Part shown: piece after piece, positions 55,810 through 64,000 of the stretch
Position numbering within the stretch: position 1 is the first letter of the stretch
Layout of the letters: every line of letters starts with the position of its first letter
NCBI GenBank assembly: GCA_958419945.1
Contig: CATZIC010000001.1
Location: forward strand, 9,482 to 73,481
DNA length: 64,000 bases
Reading direction: 5' to 3'
Source of the DNA: an uncultured Clostridia bacterium
Lineage (GTDB): Bacteria; Bacillota; Clostridia; Christensenellales; Borkfalkiaceae
Made by a program: the position numbers and the translations under genes
The notes under the pieces: model-generated
The model's input: the letters and a program-made list of their open reading frames with translations, nothing else
Databases searched by the model: none
What the model was told of the DNA's origin: nothing

Positions 55810-57474
55810 TTATAGCTCTTCCACGACAAAGCCGGTTTTTAAGACTTCGCCATAAAGATTGTGCTGTAGAAGAAGTTTTCCTTCCGCCTTATAAGCTTTT
55901 TCACGATTTGTAGCGTTTACGGTAAGTCTTATCGTGTCGTTACTTCTGCGCTCCATAATAAACAATTCGTTTTTATATGAAAAGGAAACCGAGCTGTTCC
56001 CTTTTTTGCGTAAATCGGCAAGATTTTTAAGTATTTCGTTAAGTGCGCCTTTTTTATCCCACTCCATGGTTCTTCGGCAGTCGGGGTCGTATCCGCCCTC
56101 CAGTGGGATTTCCGTGCCGTAAAAAATGCAGGGTGCGCCGGGGTGAAGATATATAATTGCCAATCCGCAGATAAGCTTATCTATATTTTTGCCGCAAAGA
56201 GTGTAAAAGCGGTGGGTATCGTGGCTGTCTAAAAGATTAAGCATTTGCGAATTTACTATATCGGTATTGCGCATATATAGTTCGCTTAGTTTTTCGGAAA
56301 ATGTTTTAGCAGTAAATATTCCGTTCACCAAATAGTCGAGTATGGCTTTTGTCAGGGCGTAATTCATAATGCCGTCAAACTGTCCGCCGTTTAAAAACGG
56401 ATAGGAATCATGCCAATTTTCGCCAAGTATCAAACATTCGGGGTTTTCCGCCTTTATACTTTCCCTGAAGTGCCGCCAAAAGTCGTGTGATACCTCGTCC
56501 GCAACGTCAAGACGCCAACCGTCTATTTTGAATTCCCTAATCCAATATAGGCCTACGCTTATGAGATATTCCCGTACTTTTTTGTTAGACGTGTTCCACT
56601 TTGGCATATAGTCGCATACGCCGAAGTGCTCGAAATTACCCCTTTCCACACGATTGCCACGGATTATAAACCAATCAAAATACGGCGATTTATCCCCGTT
56701 TTTGATAACGTCTTGAAACTGAGGGGTGTTCTCGCTGCAATGGTTGAAAACGGCGTCCAAAACCACGCGGATTCCGAAGGAGTGGGCCTTTTCAACGAAC
56801 TCTTTAAAGGCCGATTTTCCGCCGAATTGCTCATCCACGTCAAAATAATCGTAAACGTCGTATTTATGGTTTGAAACCGACTTAAAAATAGGGGTAAGAT
56901 ATACGGCGTTTATGCCCAAGTCTTTTAAATATTCAAGCTTTTGTGTTATTCCGTATATGTCGCCGCCCGCAAAACTTTTGGGATCGGGCACACCGCCCCA
57001 TTTCATGTTTACATAGTTTGCCGTTTCCACGCTTCCCCTTAAAAATCTGTCCACGAAAATCTCGTAAAAGACGCTGTTTTTCATCCACTCCACCGGTTTT
57101 TGAAGATCCACGGCGTTTACGTACGGCAACTGAAAGGAATTATAGTAAGCAAGCGAATAGTCGTAAGTTTTTGTAAGACCGTCCGCCGAATAATAATATA
57201 TATTTCCGTTAAAGGCAAGTTCGAATACGTAAACCAATCTGACGTCGGAAAGAGATAATTTTACGGTATACCAATTATAACATGCGTCCGTGTAATTTTT
57301 TCTGAGTTCCGCCCTGTTTTGTTTAAGATAATAATCGTATTTACTGCCGTAAACCACCGCCACGCTATCGAATAAATCGTCCTTATCCGTGCGAAGCCTG
57401 AGTTCTACTGTTTTTTCGTCAAGAGCGTAACAGAATTGACTGTCCTGAATATGTAAAATAGCCTTATAATTCAC
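55810..57474 (-). CDS. Intracellular GH13 alpha-amylase family enzyme (neopullulanase/cyclomaltodextrinase-like)
   Basis: GH13 regions DAVFNHCS, DGWRLDVADEV, ILGENWHD and LLDSHDTHR; N-terminal E-set-like domain; no signal peptide. Confidence 0.88.
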   Translation of the reverse strand: MNYKAILHIQDSQFCYALDEKTVELRLRTDKDDLFDSVAVVYGSKYDYYLKQNRAELRKNYTDACYNWYTVKLSLSDVRLVYVFELAFNGNIYYYSADGLTKTYDYSLAYYNSFQLPYVNAVDLQKPVEWMKNSVFYEIFVDRFLRGSVETANYVNMKWGGVPDPKSFAGGDIYGITQKLEYLKDLGINAVYLTPIFKSVSNHKYDVYDYFDVDEQFGGKSAFKEFVEKAHSFGIRVVLDAVFNHCSENTPQFQDVIKNGDKSPYFDWFIIRGNRVERGNFEHFGVCDYMPKWNTSNKKVREYLISVGLYWIREFKIDGWRLDVADEVSHDFWRHFRESIKAENPECLILGENWHDSYPFLNGGQFDGIMNYALTKAILDYLVNGIFTAKTFSEKLSELYMRNTDIVNSQMLNLLDSHDTHRFYTLCGKNIDKLICGLAIIYLHPGAPCIFYGTEIPLEGGYDPDCRRTMEWDKKGALNEILKNLADLRKKGNSSVSFSYKNELFIMERRSNDTIRLTVNATNREKAYKAEGKLLLQHNLYGEVLKTGFVVEEL

Positions 57475-57491
57475 TCTTGCCTCCTTTTGTG

Positions 57492-57520
57492 TTGACTTTG
57501 ATACATTTATTTGTTATATT
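57492..57520 (+). promoter_or_regulatory. Promoter of the LacI-family gene, positioned for a leaderless transcript
   Basis: TTGACT, 17-nt spacer, TATATT. The ATG at 57527 lies 7 nt after the -10 and has no RBS. Confidence 0.55.
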
Positions 57521-57526
57521 TTATTT

Positions 57527-58354
57527 ATGAATAGCGATAACCCTAAAAACAACTCCAAAAAAGCGACTAACCGCGACGTTGCAAAACTTGCGGGGGTTTC
57601 GGTTGCAACCGTTTCATACGTTATAAACGGCAGAGAGGACCAACGTATTTCCGAGGCGACCAAAAAGAAAGTGTATCAAGCAATGAACTTTCTTAACTAT
57701 TCGCCCAATCTCTACGCCGTAGGTCTTAACACTCCGCAGCCGCAGACCATAGTCGTCAGGTCTTCGATAAACGCCACCTATCTTACGGAAATGGAAATTC
57801 TCCATTTTATGCGGGATTTCAATACGCTGTGCGAAAAACAGCATATACAACTTACCTACTCTTTGGATAAACGCGCCGCAAAAATAGCGGCGACCGCCTG
57901 TATTTGCTTCGATTTGCCGAATGACGAATTTCATAGTTTTGCGGAAGAAAACTTTATCCCCGTTATCGCTATCGAAAGTTTGGTTGGCGACCCGGTATTT
58001 TATCAGATAACGACTGACTTCGAACGGGTTTTCAAGGCAGCCGAAGATTATTTTAAAGAGGATTTTACCTTAGTTTACATAGAACCTAATAACAAAGAAA
58101 CCAAAGAAAAAATACTTTCGGTGTTTAAAGAGGTTATCTTTTTGTCGTCGCTTACGGATATCGGCAAGATAGCGCCGAAAAATATTGCGCTTTGTCAACC
58201 TGCACTGTTTCCGCTGTTTGAAAATTCAGAAAACTTTAAGGTGTTTAAGTACGCGTTGGATCCTTCCATGCTTTCTGAAACCGTTATGGATTGCATAGAG
58301 AAGGCATTAAACCGTCTGAATACACCCGATCAAGACCATTTTATCAAAATTTAG
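57527..58354 (+). CDS. LacI-family transcriptional regulator, short form (275 aa)
   Basis: HTH ..ATNRDVAKLAGVSVATVSYVINGRE..; divergent from the GH13 gene. Confidence 0.8.
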   Translation: MNSDNPKNNSKKATNRDVAKLAGVSVATVSYVINGREDQRISEATKKKVYQAMNFLNYSPNLYAVGLNTPQPQTIVVRSSINATYLTEMEILHFMRDFNTLCEKQHIQLTYSLDKRAAKIAATACICFDLPNDEFHSFAEENFIPVIAIESLVGDPVFYQITTDFERVFKAAEDYFKEDFTLVYIEPNNKETKEKILSVFKEVIFLSSLTDIGKIAPKNIALCQPALFPLFENSENFKVFKYALDPSMLSETVMDCIEKALNRLNTPDQDHFIKI

Positions 58355-58368
58355 TTAAAATTTAGTCA

Positions 58369-58405
58369 AATCACCGCCGCTCGATTGAACGGCGGTGATT
58401 TTTTT
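58369..58405 (+). terminator. Terminator of the LacI-family gene
   Basis: AATCACCGCC..GGCGGTGATT stem followed by TTTTTTT. Confidence 0.8.
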
Positions 58406-58407
58406 GA

Positions 58408-58630
58408 AGTCAAGTGAAGAGTGAATAGAGAAAAGTGGCAATAACAGGCTTATAGCCCCACTTTCGAGAGCTTTTCCCACTTGGACTTCTGGATTGCCAC
58501 GTCGCTAAAGCGACTCGCAATGACGGAAGAAATAGACTGCCTTGCGATGACGATACAGAAGGTTTTTGTACAACCTTAATGACGGATCGCGAAGGGATAA
58601 ATCCACTCTCAACTATCCAAACTCCGCACT
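58408..58630 (+). repeat. Composite repeat: M5 end, M1 (58438-58466), M2 (58487-58526), two further hairpin+ATGACG units, inverted M5 end
   Basis: ..GTGAAGAGTGAATAGAGAAAAGTGGCAATAACAGGCTTATAGCCCCAC..CTGGATTGCCAC-GTCGC-TAAA-GCGAC-TCGCAATGACGG..GCGATGACGA..GGTT-TTTGTAC-AACC-TTAATGACGG..AAATCCACTCTCAAC. Confidence 0.88.
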
Positions 58631-58633
58631 ATA

Positions 58634-60472
58634 TTAAGCGTTTACTTTGTAGAAATCTACTTTTCCGCTTTCGATGTCGTAAACGATTTTGTAAGTGCCT
58701 GCAGTGCTGCATTTGAAATTAGATCCGCTTGCGGGGGTGAATAATGCGTTTGTGTCGCCGCTAGTTCCGATTACGGAAGCGCCGAGATAATCGCCGTAGC
58801 CGGTCGTTTCGCCCTTGGGATGTCTTTCCATTCCGAATTCAACCGCCGTATCAGCAGTAACCGTTAAAGTGTATTCATAGGTTTTTCCGTCTTCGGAAAT
58901 ACCGAATTTCCACTGAGCGTCGAAATTATGTGCCCAAGAGTTTATGCCGGAACCTTTGATATAGATATCCAAAGTATCCGCGGAATCGGTATGTTCGGTT
59001 ATGGTTATAATCTTGGAATAGCTGTCGAAAGAAATATCGTAAACGCCTGCGGTCAACACTTTAATATTGTTGTTAGTAGCGCTTGCCGCCGAGAAAGCAG
59101 GGTTCTTTCTAAGATAATTGTACTGATAATCGGTGCGTGTAGCCGTCCAATTCGGGGTTTCGCCCTTATTAAAGCCACGAAGTAAAAGTTCTGCGCCTTC
59201 ATTTAAGGTAACGCTTTCAATAATATAAATGCCGGAGCCTTCTTGGGTTTCGGTAAGAATGAAGTTTGCGGGCGTATTTATAAAGTCGCCGTAGTTACCG
59301 CCGTTAAAGTTGCCGTCGATATAGTAGTCGTTTGCCGCCATTTCGGCACTTTCGTACGTAACGGTAAGTTTTTGCGTATCTTTATTATAGGTAAATGTGT
59401 AGTTTCCGCTTGCTTTTGCGGTCATATTGCCTGCTTCGCCACCAACGAAAGCTTTACTTGCTTCGTCAAGGTTGCCTGCCTTTACGTAAATGCTTCCTAC
59501 GGAAGTAGTGGATTCGCCGTTTTCAATTACGGTGTTAGTAGAGGTGAACAGGAATTCTTCCCCTTCTTTAAGATAGACGGAAAGGGTGTAGTTTGAGCCG
59601 CTTTGCGCCATCTTGGTTGCGTTATTGTACATATCCGCCCAACCGGTAATGCCTGCGCCTTTAATGTAAAGGTCGGTTACGGTAACGGAATCGTTTAATA
59701 CGTCGCCGTTACGTACCCAGGTGATACTGTCGTAGGTACCCATGTTGTAGGTTTCCTTGTTTTCTTCTGTGTAAGTAGGCGCTTCGGTGTTGTAATAATC
59801 CTCGTTGGGATAGGTCTTTAAAGTAAAGGTGTAATTGCCGGCGTGTTCAACTTTGATATTTGCGGTCTTTGCTGCGTCGGTATAAGGACTTGCGTTACTT
59901 GTAAATACTTCGGTTCCGTCCGCAAGTTTGGTTTCGAGAAGATATCCGAATCCCCTTTGATTCTGCCAACTGCTGTTGATAGCGAATTGGAATTCGTCGT
60001 CCTTTTTAAGGTCCATGGTTATGGTATATTCGTTTTTATCGGCAGCTTTTTTTAGTTTGAAGCTGTCGTTTATAACCTTACCCCAGTCGGACGAGAATAA
60101 AAGTTCGCTGGTGCCGGAACCCACAACGTAATAGCTACGGACGTCCTCGGTATATAGTGTAAATCCTGCGTAAACGGACGTGTCTTCTTTTATTTTGGTT
60201 GTAAAATCGAAACGGTGGTTTTTGGAAGGAACGGCAAACCAATCTACGAATTCGTAGCCGCCGTCTTTTGTCGGGGTATAGCTTGTAAGGGTTTCACCCT
60301 CTTTTACCTTTTCGGTTTTTAAAACCGTCATCTCGGAAACTTTAGAGGTCCCCGTTGCATCATACCACGTAACCGTGTATTCCTTTTCAAGCTGAGGCGG
60401 AGTACACGCAAACGCACCAAAGCATAACACCATTACGGCGCATACTAAGAAAGCCGTTAAAATTTTCTTCAT
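58634..60472 (-). CDS. Surface lipoprotein with about four internal beta-sandwich (CBM/X25-like) repeats; putative starch/maltodextrin binding
   Basis: MKKILTAFLVCAVMVLCFGAFAC|T lipobox at the ATG at 60472, with its own promoter at 60561-60589. Recurrent blocks ..Y(Y/I)(V/K/D)G.. ..W.. ..Y(T/E)(I/L/F)T... The context is a maltodextrin locus. Confidence 0.7.
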   Translation of the reverse strand: MKKILTAFLVCAVMVLCFGAFACTPPQLEKEYTVTWYDATGTSKVSEMTVLKTEKVKEGETLTSYTPTKDGGYEFVDWFAVPSKNHRFDFTTKIKEDTSVYAGFTLYTEDVRSYYVVGSGTSELLFSSDWGKVINDSFKLKKAADKNEYTITMDLKKDDEFQFAINSSWQNQRGFGYLLETKLADGTEVFTSNASPYTDAAKTANIKVEHAGNYTFTLKTYPNEDYYNTEAPTYTEENKETYNMGTYDSITWVRNGDVLNDSVTVTDLYIKGAGITGWADMYNNATKMAQSGSNYTLSVYLKEGEEFLFTSTNTVIENGESTTSVGSIYVKAGNLDEASKAFVGGEAGNMTAKASGNYTFTYNKDTQKLTVTYESAEMAANDYYIDGNFNGGNYGDFINTPANFILTETQEGSGIYIIESVTLNEGAELLLRGFNKGETPNWTATRTDYQYNYLRKNPAFSAASATNNNIKVLTAGVYDISFDSYSKIITITEHTDSADTLDIYIKGSGINSWAHNFDAQWKFGISEDGKTYEYTLTVTADTAVEFGMERHPKGETTGYGDYLGASVIGTSGDTNALFTPASGSNFKCSTAGTYKIVYDIESGKVDFYKVNA

Positions 60473-60560
60473 GCTTAATTTTTCCTCCCGGAATTTTTTT
60501 GTTTTTTCGTAAGGCGGCTTGTTGGTACCTAACTTTGCCGCCGACTTACTTAACAAGTTA

Positions 60561-60589
60561 AGCATAACACAGCAAACCGCCTTTGTCAA
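60561..60589 (-). promoter_or_regulatory. Promoter of the lipoprotein gene
   Basis: Minus strand reads TTGACA, a 17-nt spacer, then TATGCT. Confidence 0.6.
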
Positions 60590-60624
60590 TACCCTTTTAA
60601 AAAATTTTTCAAAGAAATTTTTTG

Positions 60625-61206
60625 TGAAGTTTGGAGAGTGGAGCGTTGAGAGTGAAGTTGTGGATTTAAAGTAATTATTGAAGTTCCCTTCGTGAACGGA
60701 CAATCCTTCAGGCTCTTTCGTTTCAGCTCCATTTGCTACATATGGAGCCGATGAAAAAGTGGCAATAATCGACTTATACGCCCACTTTTGAGAATTATTC
60801 CGCTTTTGTTTCTGGATTGCCACGTCGCCCGACTCGCAATGACGGTTAAAATCGGCACATAACAGTAGCTTATGGGATGGATGGGAAAGGAAAAGTTTGG
60901 CGCATGTTTGCTTGTTGGGGCTAAAGATATTTAGCCGCCGTTTTTGTGTGATAATCGGCTTATAGCCACACTTTTGAGAATTATCACGCTTGGGTTTCTG
61001 GATTGCCACGGAGCTTACGCTCCTCGCAATGACGAAAGGGATAAATTACCTCGCAACGACAATTTGGACAGGTTTTTAAGCAAGCTTAATGACGAAATAA
61101 TAATTTAAATCCGTTTCTTTTCACTTTTCAATCTTCACTTTTCCCTTCTCCGGCGAAACATTTACCCGCCATATGTGTCGATAACGGGCTTATAGCCCCA
61201 CTTTTT
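60625..61206 (+). repeat. Largest repeat array: M5 end, M3, M1, M2, about 100 nt of unique sequence, M1, M2, two hairpin+ATGACG units, inverted M5 end, then a solo M1 (61179-61206)
   Basis: M2 copies at 60811-60845 and 60997-61034; M1 copies at 60763-60800, 60950-60986 and 61179-61206. The ends ..GAGAGTGAAGTTGTGGATTTAAAG and TTTAAATCCGTTTCTTTTCACTTTTC.. are inverted relative to each other. Confidence 0.88.
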
Positions 61207-61317
61207 GGTGTTTTTGCGTCTTTTTGGAACCTTTTGGATAATACTTTCCAGGACTTGGAAGTTTTTATTGTTTGTACAGCACTTTTTAAAAATTTTGCCG
61301 AATTCGGCGGTTTTGCG

Positions 61318-61346
61318 TTGACAATCGGATTTTTAAGGTTTATACT
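61318..61346 (+). promoter_or_regulatory. Promoter of the hybrid sensor kinase gene
   Basis: TTGACA, 17-nt spacer, TATACT. Confidence 0.6.
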
Positions 61347-61402
61347 TTGTTATACGGATTATTTATTTAAATAGTATATTTAATGGAGTATCTGAAGATA
61401 TT

Positions 61403-64000
61403 ATGGAACATGATATCAGCATAAAGGAAAGAAAAAAATCGATAATAAGATGGGTTTCGGTAATTGCCGTGAACGTGATTATTGCCGCAACGGTAATTTT
61501 TATGTCGGTGAGCTATTCATTAAGCCAAAACGAAACCAGATATAAGGCAAGGGAGAGAAACTTTTCTTCTACCCTCGATACGATGGGACAGGTTGCGTAT
61601 GGATTTTTACATAACGAACAGGTCTTTTGCGACAACTGGGCTAACTATCTTAACACCTCTAAAATCACGAATACAGAAACCTGCGTACAATTTGTGGGTA
61701 ACATCAACACCGATACCAAAAGGGTTACGGCGCATTTTATTCGCTACGACACCTATACGGGCGTAGCACCGGAAAAAACTCAAGACGGCGTTAAGGCGGT
61801 GCCCGTAGATTATACCGGCATTCAGGAGCGTGTCAGAGAGGCTTTTTAGAAAACCCAGGTATGCACGGAAGGTGAATCGCACCTACATATTACGGAACCC
61901 TTTATAAATCCGCTTGACGGAGTTACCTGTATAGGTTTTTGCCACAACGTAAATATCTATGATGCAGAGCAGAAAGAAATTGTAGACAAGGTAGCTCTTG
62001 TAAGGATTATTCCGGTTGAGGAATTCGAAGGTCAATGGACCTTCCCTACCGCTTATAAGAATGCAAAACTCGGACTTATATCGAGCGACGGCGACTTTGT
62101 CGTTCACTTTGACTCCGCTAACGCCAACGTGGAATCACAGGAAGGCAGAAACTTCTTCAGTTATCTTGATACGGCAAGCGATATAGGCGACGACGAATTG
62201 CAGCAACTTATACAGTACTTTGACAGTTCCCGTGTTGAATTAGACGGTGATAGCCACGGCGAAATAAGATGCAGTTTTACGGATACAAATAAAGAGGCTT
62301 ACTTTTCATACCATCGTCTGGAAAAGGACAAAGAATGGATACTTATCGGCTACACGTTAAGAGAGGACTTGGGCGTTACGACCCTTGATACCACTCTGGC
62401 TGTAATAATCATAGTAGGTTTCTGCTTCCTGGTACTTTTTGACGGTGCTTACTTCTTCATTATGAACAAGGCCCTTAAAAACAGCATTGAAGAAATTAAG
62501 AACGCCAACCAGGCAAAGACAAGATTTTTGTCCACTATGTCCCACGACATAAGAACGCCTATGAACGCTATTATCGGTATGACGGCGATAGCGGCTAAGC
62601 GTATAGACGACAAAAAACAGGTTTCGGAGTGCTTACAGCAGATAACGCGTGCTTCTAACCACCTTTTAACCCTTATAAACGACGTTCTGGACATTTCCAA
62701 AGTGGAAAGCGGAAAGTTCACGATGAACCCAACAGTCTTCTCTCTTGCGGACTTAATGGCAAATATCGTAAGTATTTCGCAGCCGCACATTAAGGAAAAG
62801 GACATGGATTTCGAAATCCATGCAAGAAAAGTTAAACACGAATACATTTTCGCAGACGAACTGAGAATCAACCAGATACTAATCAACCTTATCTCTAACG
62901 CCATAAAATACACGCCGGAAAAAGGCAGAGTTTTACTGAGCGTTGAAGAAAGAGCCTCCGAAAGAGGTCATAATATGGTTCAGCTCGTGTTTACGATTAC
63001 GGATACCGGTATAGGTATGTCGGAAGAGTTTATGGAAACTATGTACGACACATTCGTCAGAAACATTGACAGCCGTATCAACACAATTCAGGGCACGGGT
63101 CTCGGGCTTGCGATAACAAAACAGATGGTCGACCTTATGGAAGGCACTATAGAGGCGGAAAGCAAACTCGGTCAAGGCACCACGTTTACGGTTAAACTCG
63201 ACCTTCCTATCGCCGAAAAGGTTACCGACGATTTAGTACTTCCTCCCCTTAAGATGCTCGTTGTCGACGACGACAAGATATTCCTTGAAAGCGCGGAAGA
63301 CACGCTTATGTCTCTCGGCCTTTTGACGGACACTGCAAACAGCGGTGAAGAAGCCGTTATCAAGGTCGTGGATAAGCACGATAAAGGCGACGATTATCAA
63401 TGCGTTATCGTTGACTGGAAGATGCCGGACATGAGCGGTATCGAAACGGTAAGAACCATAAGAGAAAAGGTCGGCGAAGCGGTTTCCATCGTAATTATAA
63501 GCGCTTACGACTGGACTGATATCGAAGAGGAAGCCATAAAGGCAGGCGCAAACGGATTTATATCCAAGCCATTGTTCCGTTCCAACGTATACAGCACGCT
63601 TAACGAGCTTTTGAACCTCGACCACGGAAGTAAAACTTCGAACGAGGACGACACAAGCGACCTTGAAGGTATGCACCTTTTGATTGCGGAAGATAACGAC
63701 ATTAACTGGGAAATCATTCAGGTAATGTTGGAATTCCACAATATCACGTCCGAAAGGGCGGAAAACGGACAGATTTGCTACGACATGATAACTTCTGCCG
63801 AGCCGGGTACCTTCAACGCTATCCTTATGGATATTCAGATGCCTATTATGAACGGCAACGAGGCAGCAAGGGCTATACGTGCTTCGAATAACGAGTACGC
63901 TAAAAATATTCCTATAATCGCTATGACGGCGGACGCTTTTGCGGAAGATATCGCTGCTTGCAAGGAAGCCGGTATGAACGGCCACGTTGCTAAGCCTATC
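61403..64000 (+). pseudogene. Hybrid sensor histidine kinase (TM, Cache-like sensor, TM, HisKA, HATPase, REC, REC). One in-frame TAG at 61847-61849 interrupts it, and the 3' end lies beyond the window.
   Basis: My own translation shows a single frame open from 61403 to 64000 except for that TAG. H-box STMSHDIRTPMNAIIGM; NLISNAIKYT; DTGIGM; GTGLGLAI; two receiver domains (..VDWKMPDMSG.., ..MDIQMPIMNG..). The ORF track lists only the first 148 aa. Confidence 0.8.

Noticed and set aside
60473-61009. The N-terminal 179 aa of the 791-aa ORF 58634-61009
   Set aside because: This part is a translation of the repeat array (..AIQKPKRDNSQKCGYKPII.., ..AIQKQKRNNSQKWAYKSII..). A lipoprotein signal peptide with an ATG at 60472 and a TTGACA-17-TATGCT promoter at 60561-60589 define the real start.
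596-61206. Could the recurring hairpin repeats be a CRISPR array?
   Set aside because: The copies are dispersed over 60 kb in separate intergenic regions and are not regularly spaced with unique spacers. The modules differ in order and sequence, and no cas genes are present.
61847-61849. Genome-wide reassignment of TAG as a sense codon, to explain the in-frame TAG in the kinase
   Set aside because: TAG ends several well-defined genes at their expected lengths: cdsA at 4033, GH105 at 17228, GH28 at 18356, the ATPase at 21290 and uxaC at 29947. Global recoding is therefore unlikely. Local readthrough, a pseudogene or a sequencing error remain possible.
1-64000. Prophage, integrative element, toxin-antitoxin, restriction-modification or other defence systems
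   Set aside because: None of the translated ORFs showed motifs I recognise for integrases, recombinases, transposases, nucleases, methyltransferases, phage structural proteins or known defence families.

Overview
The window looks like chromosomal DNA from a spore-forming Firmicute, probably Clostridia-like because a SpoIIE gene is present. Nearly all genes lie on the minus strand. I found five blocks. (1) 1226-8609 holds the conserved rpsB-tsf-pyrH-frr-uppS-cdsA-dxr-rseP cluster. (2) About 8967-43295 is a roughly 34-kb pectin/galacturonate utilisation locus. It encodes a CE4 esterase, an AraC regulator, a giant PL9-like lyase, a tandem-repeat lipoprotein, GH105, GH28 and an LplABC-like ABC importer with four extra small membrane proteins. 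It also encodes CE8 pectinesterase, uxaC-uxaA-uxaB, kduI, kdgK, an eda fusion, kduD, an AEC permease and GH4. (3) Next come an M6-like metalloprotease, spoIIE and a MacB/FtsX-type ABC exporter. (4) A maltodextrin/starch locus follows, with malG- and malF-like permeases, a frameshifted malE-like binding protein, a GH13 enzyme, a short LacI regulator and a CBM-repeat lipoprotein. (5) The last gene is a hybrid sensor kinase that runs off the right edge and is interrupted by one in-frame TAG. I recognised no rRNA, tRNA, CRISPR array, transposase, prophage or known defence system. The most unusual signal is non-coding. A mosaic family of short hairpin-bearing repeat modules occupies at least 17 intergenic loci, almost all in one orientation. 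Its stems show compensatory substitutions, and it fuses with or extends several ORFs. All functional calls rest on motif and family recognition by eye. No database search was run.
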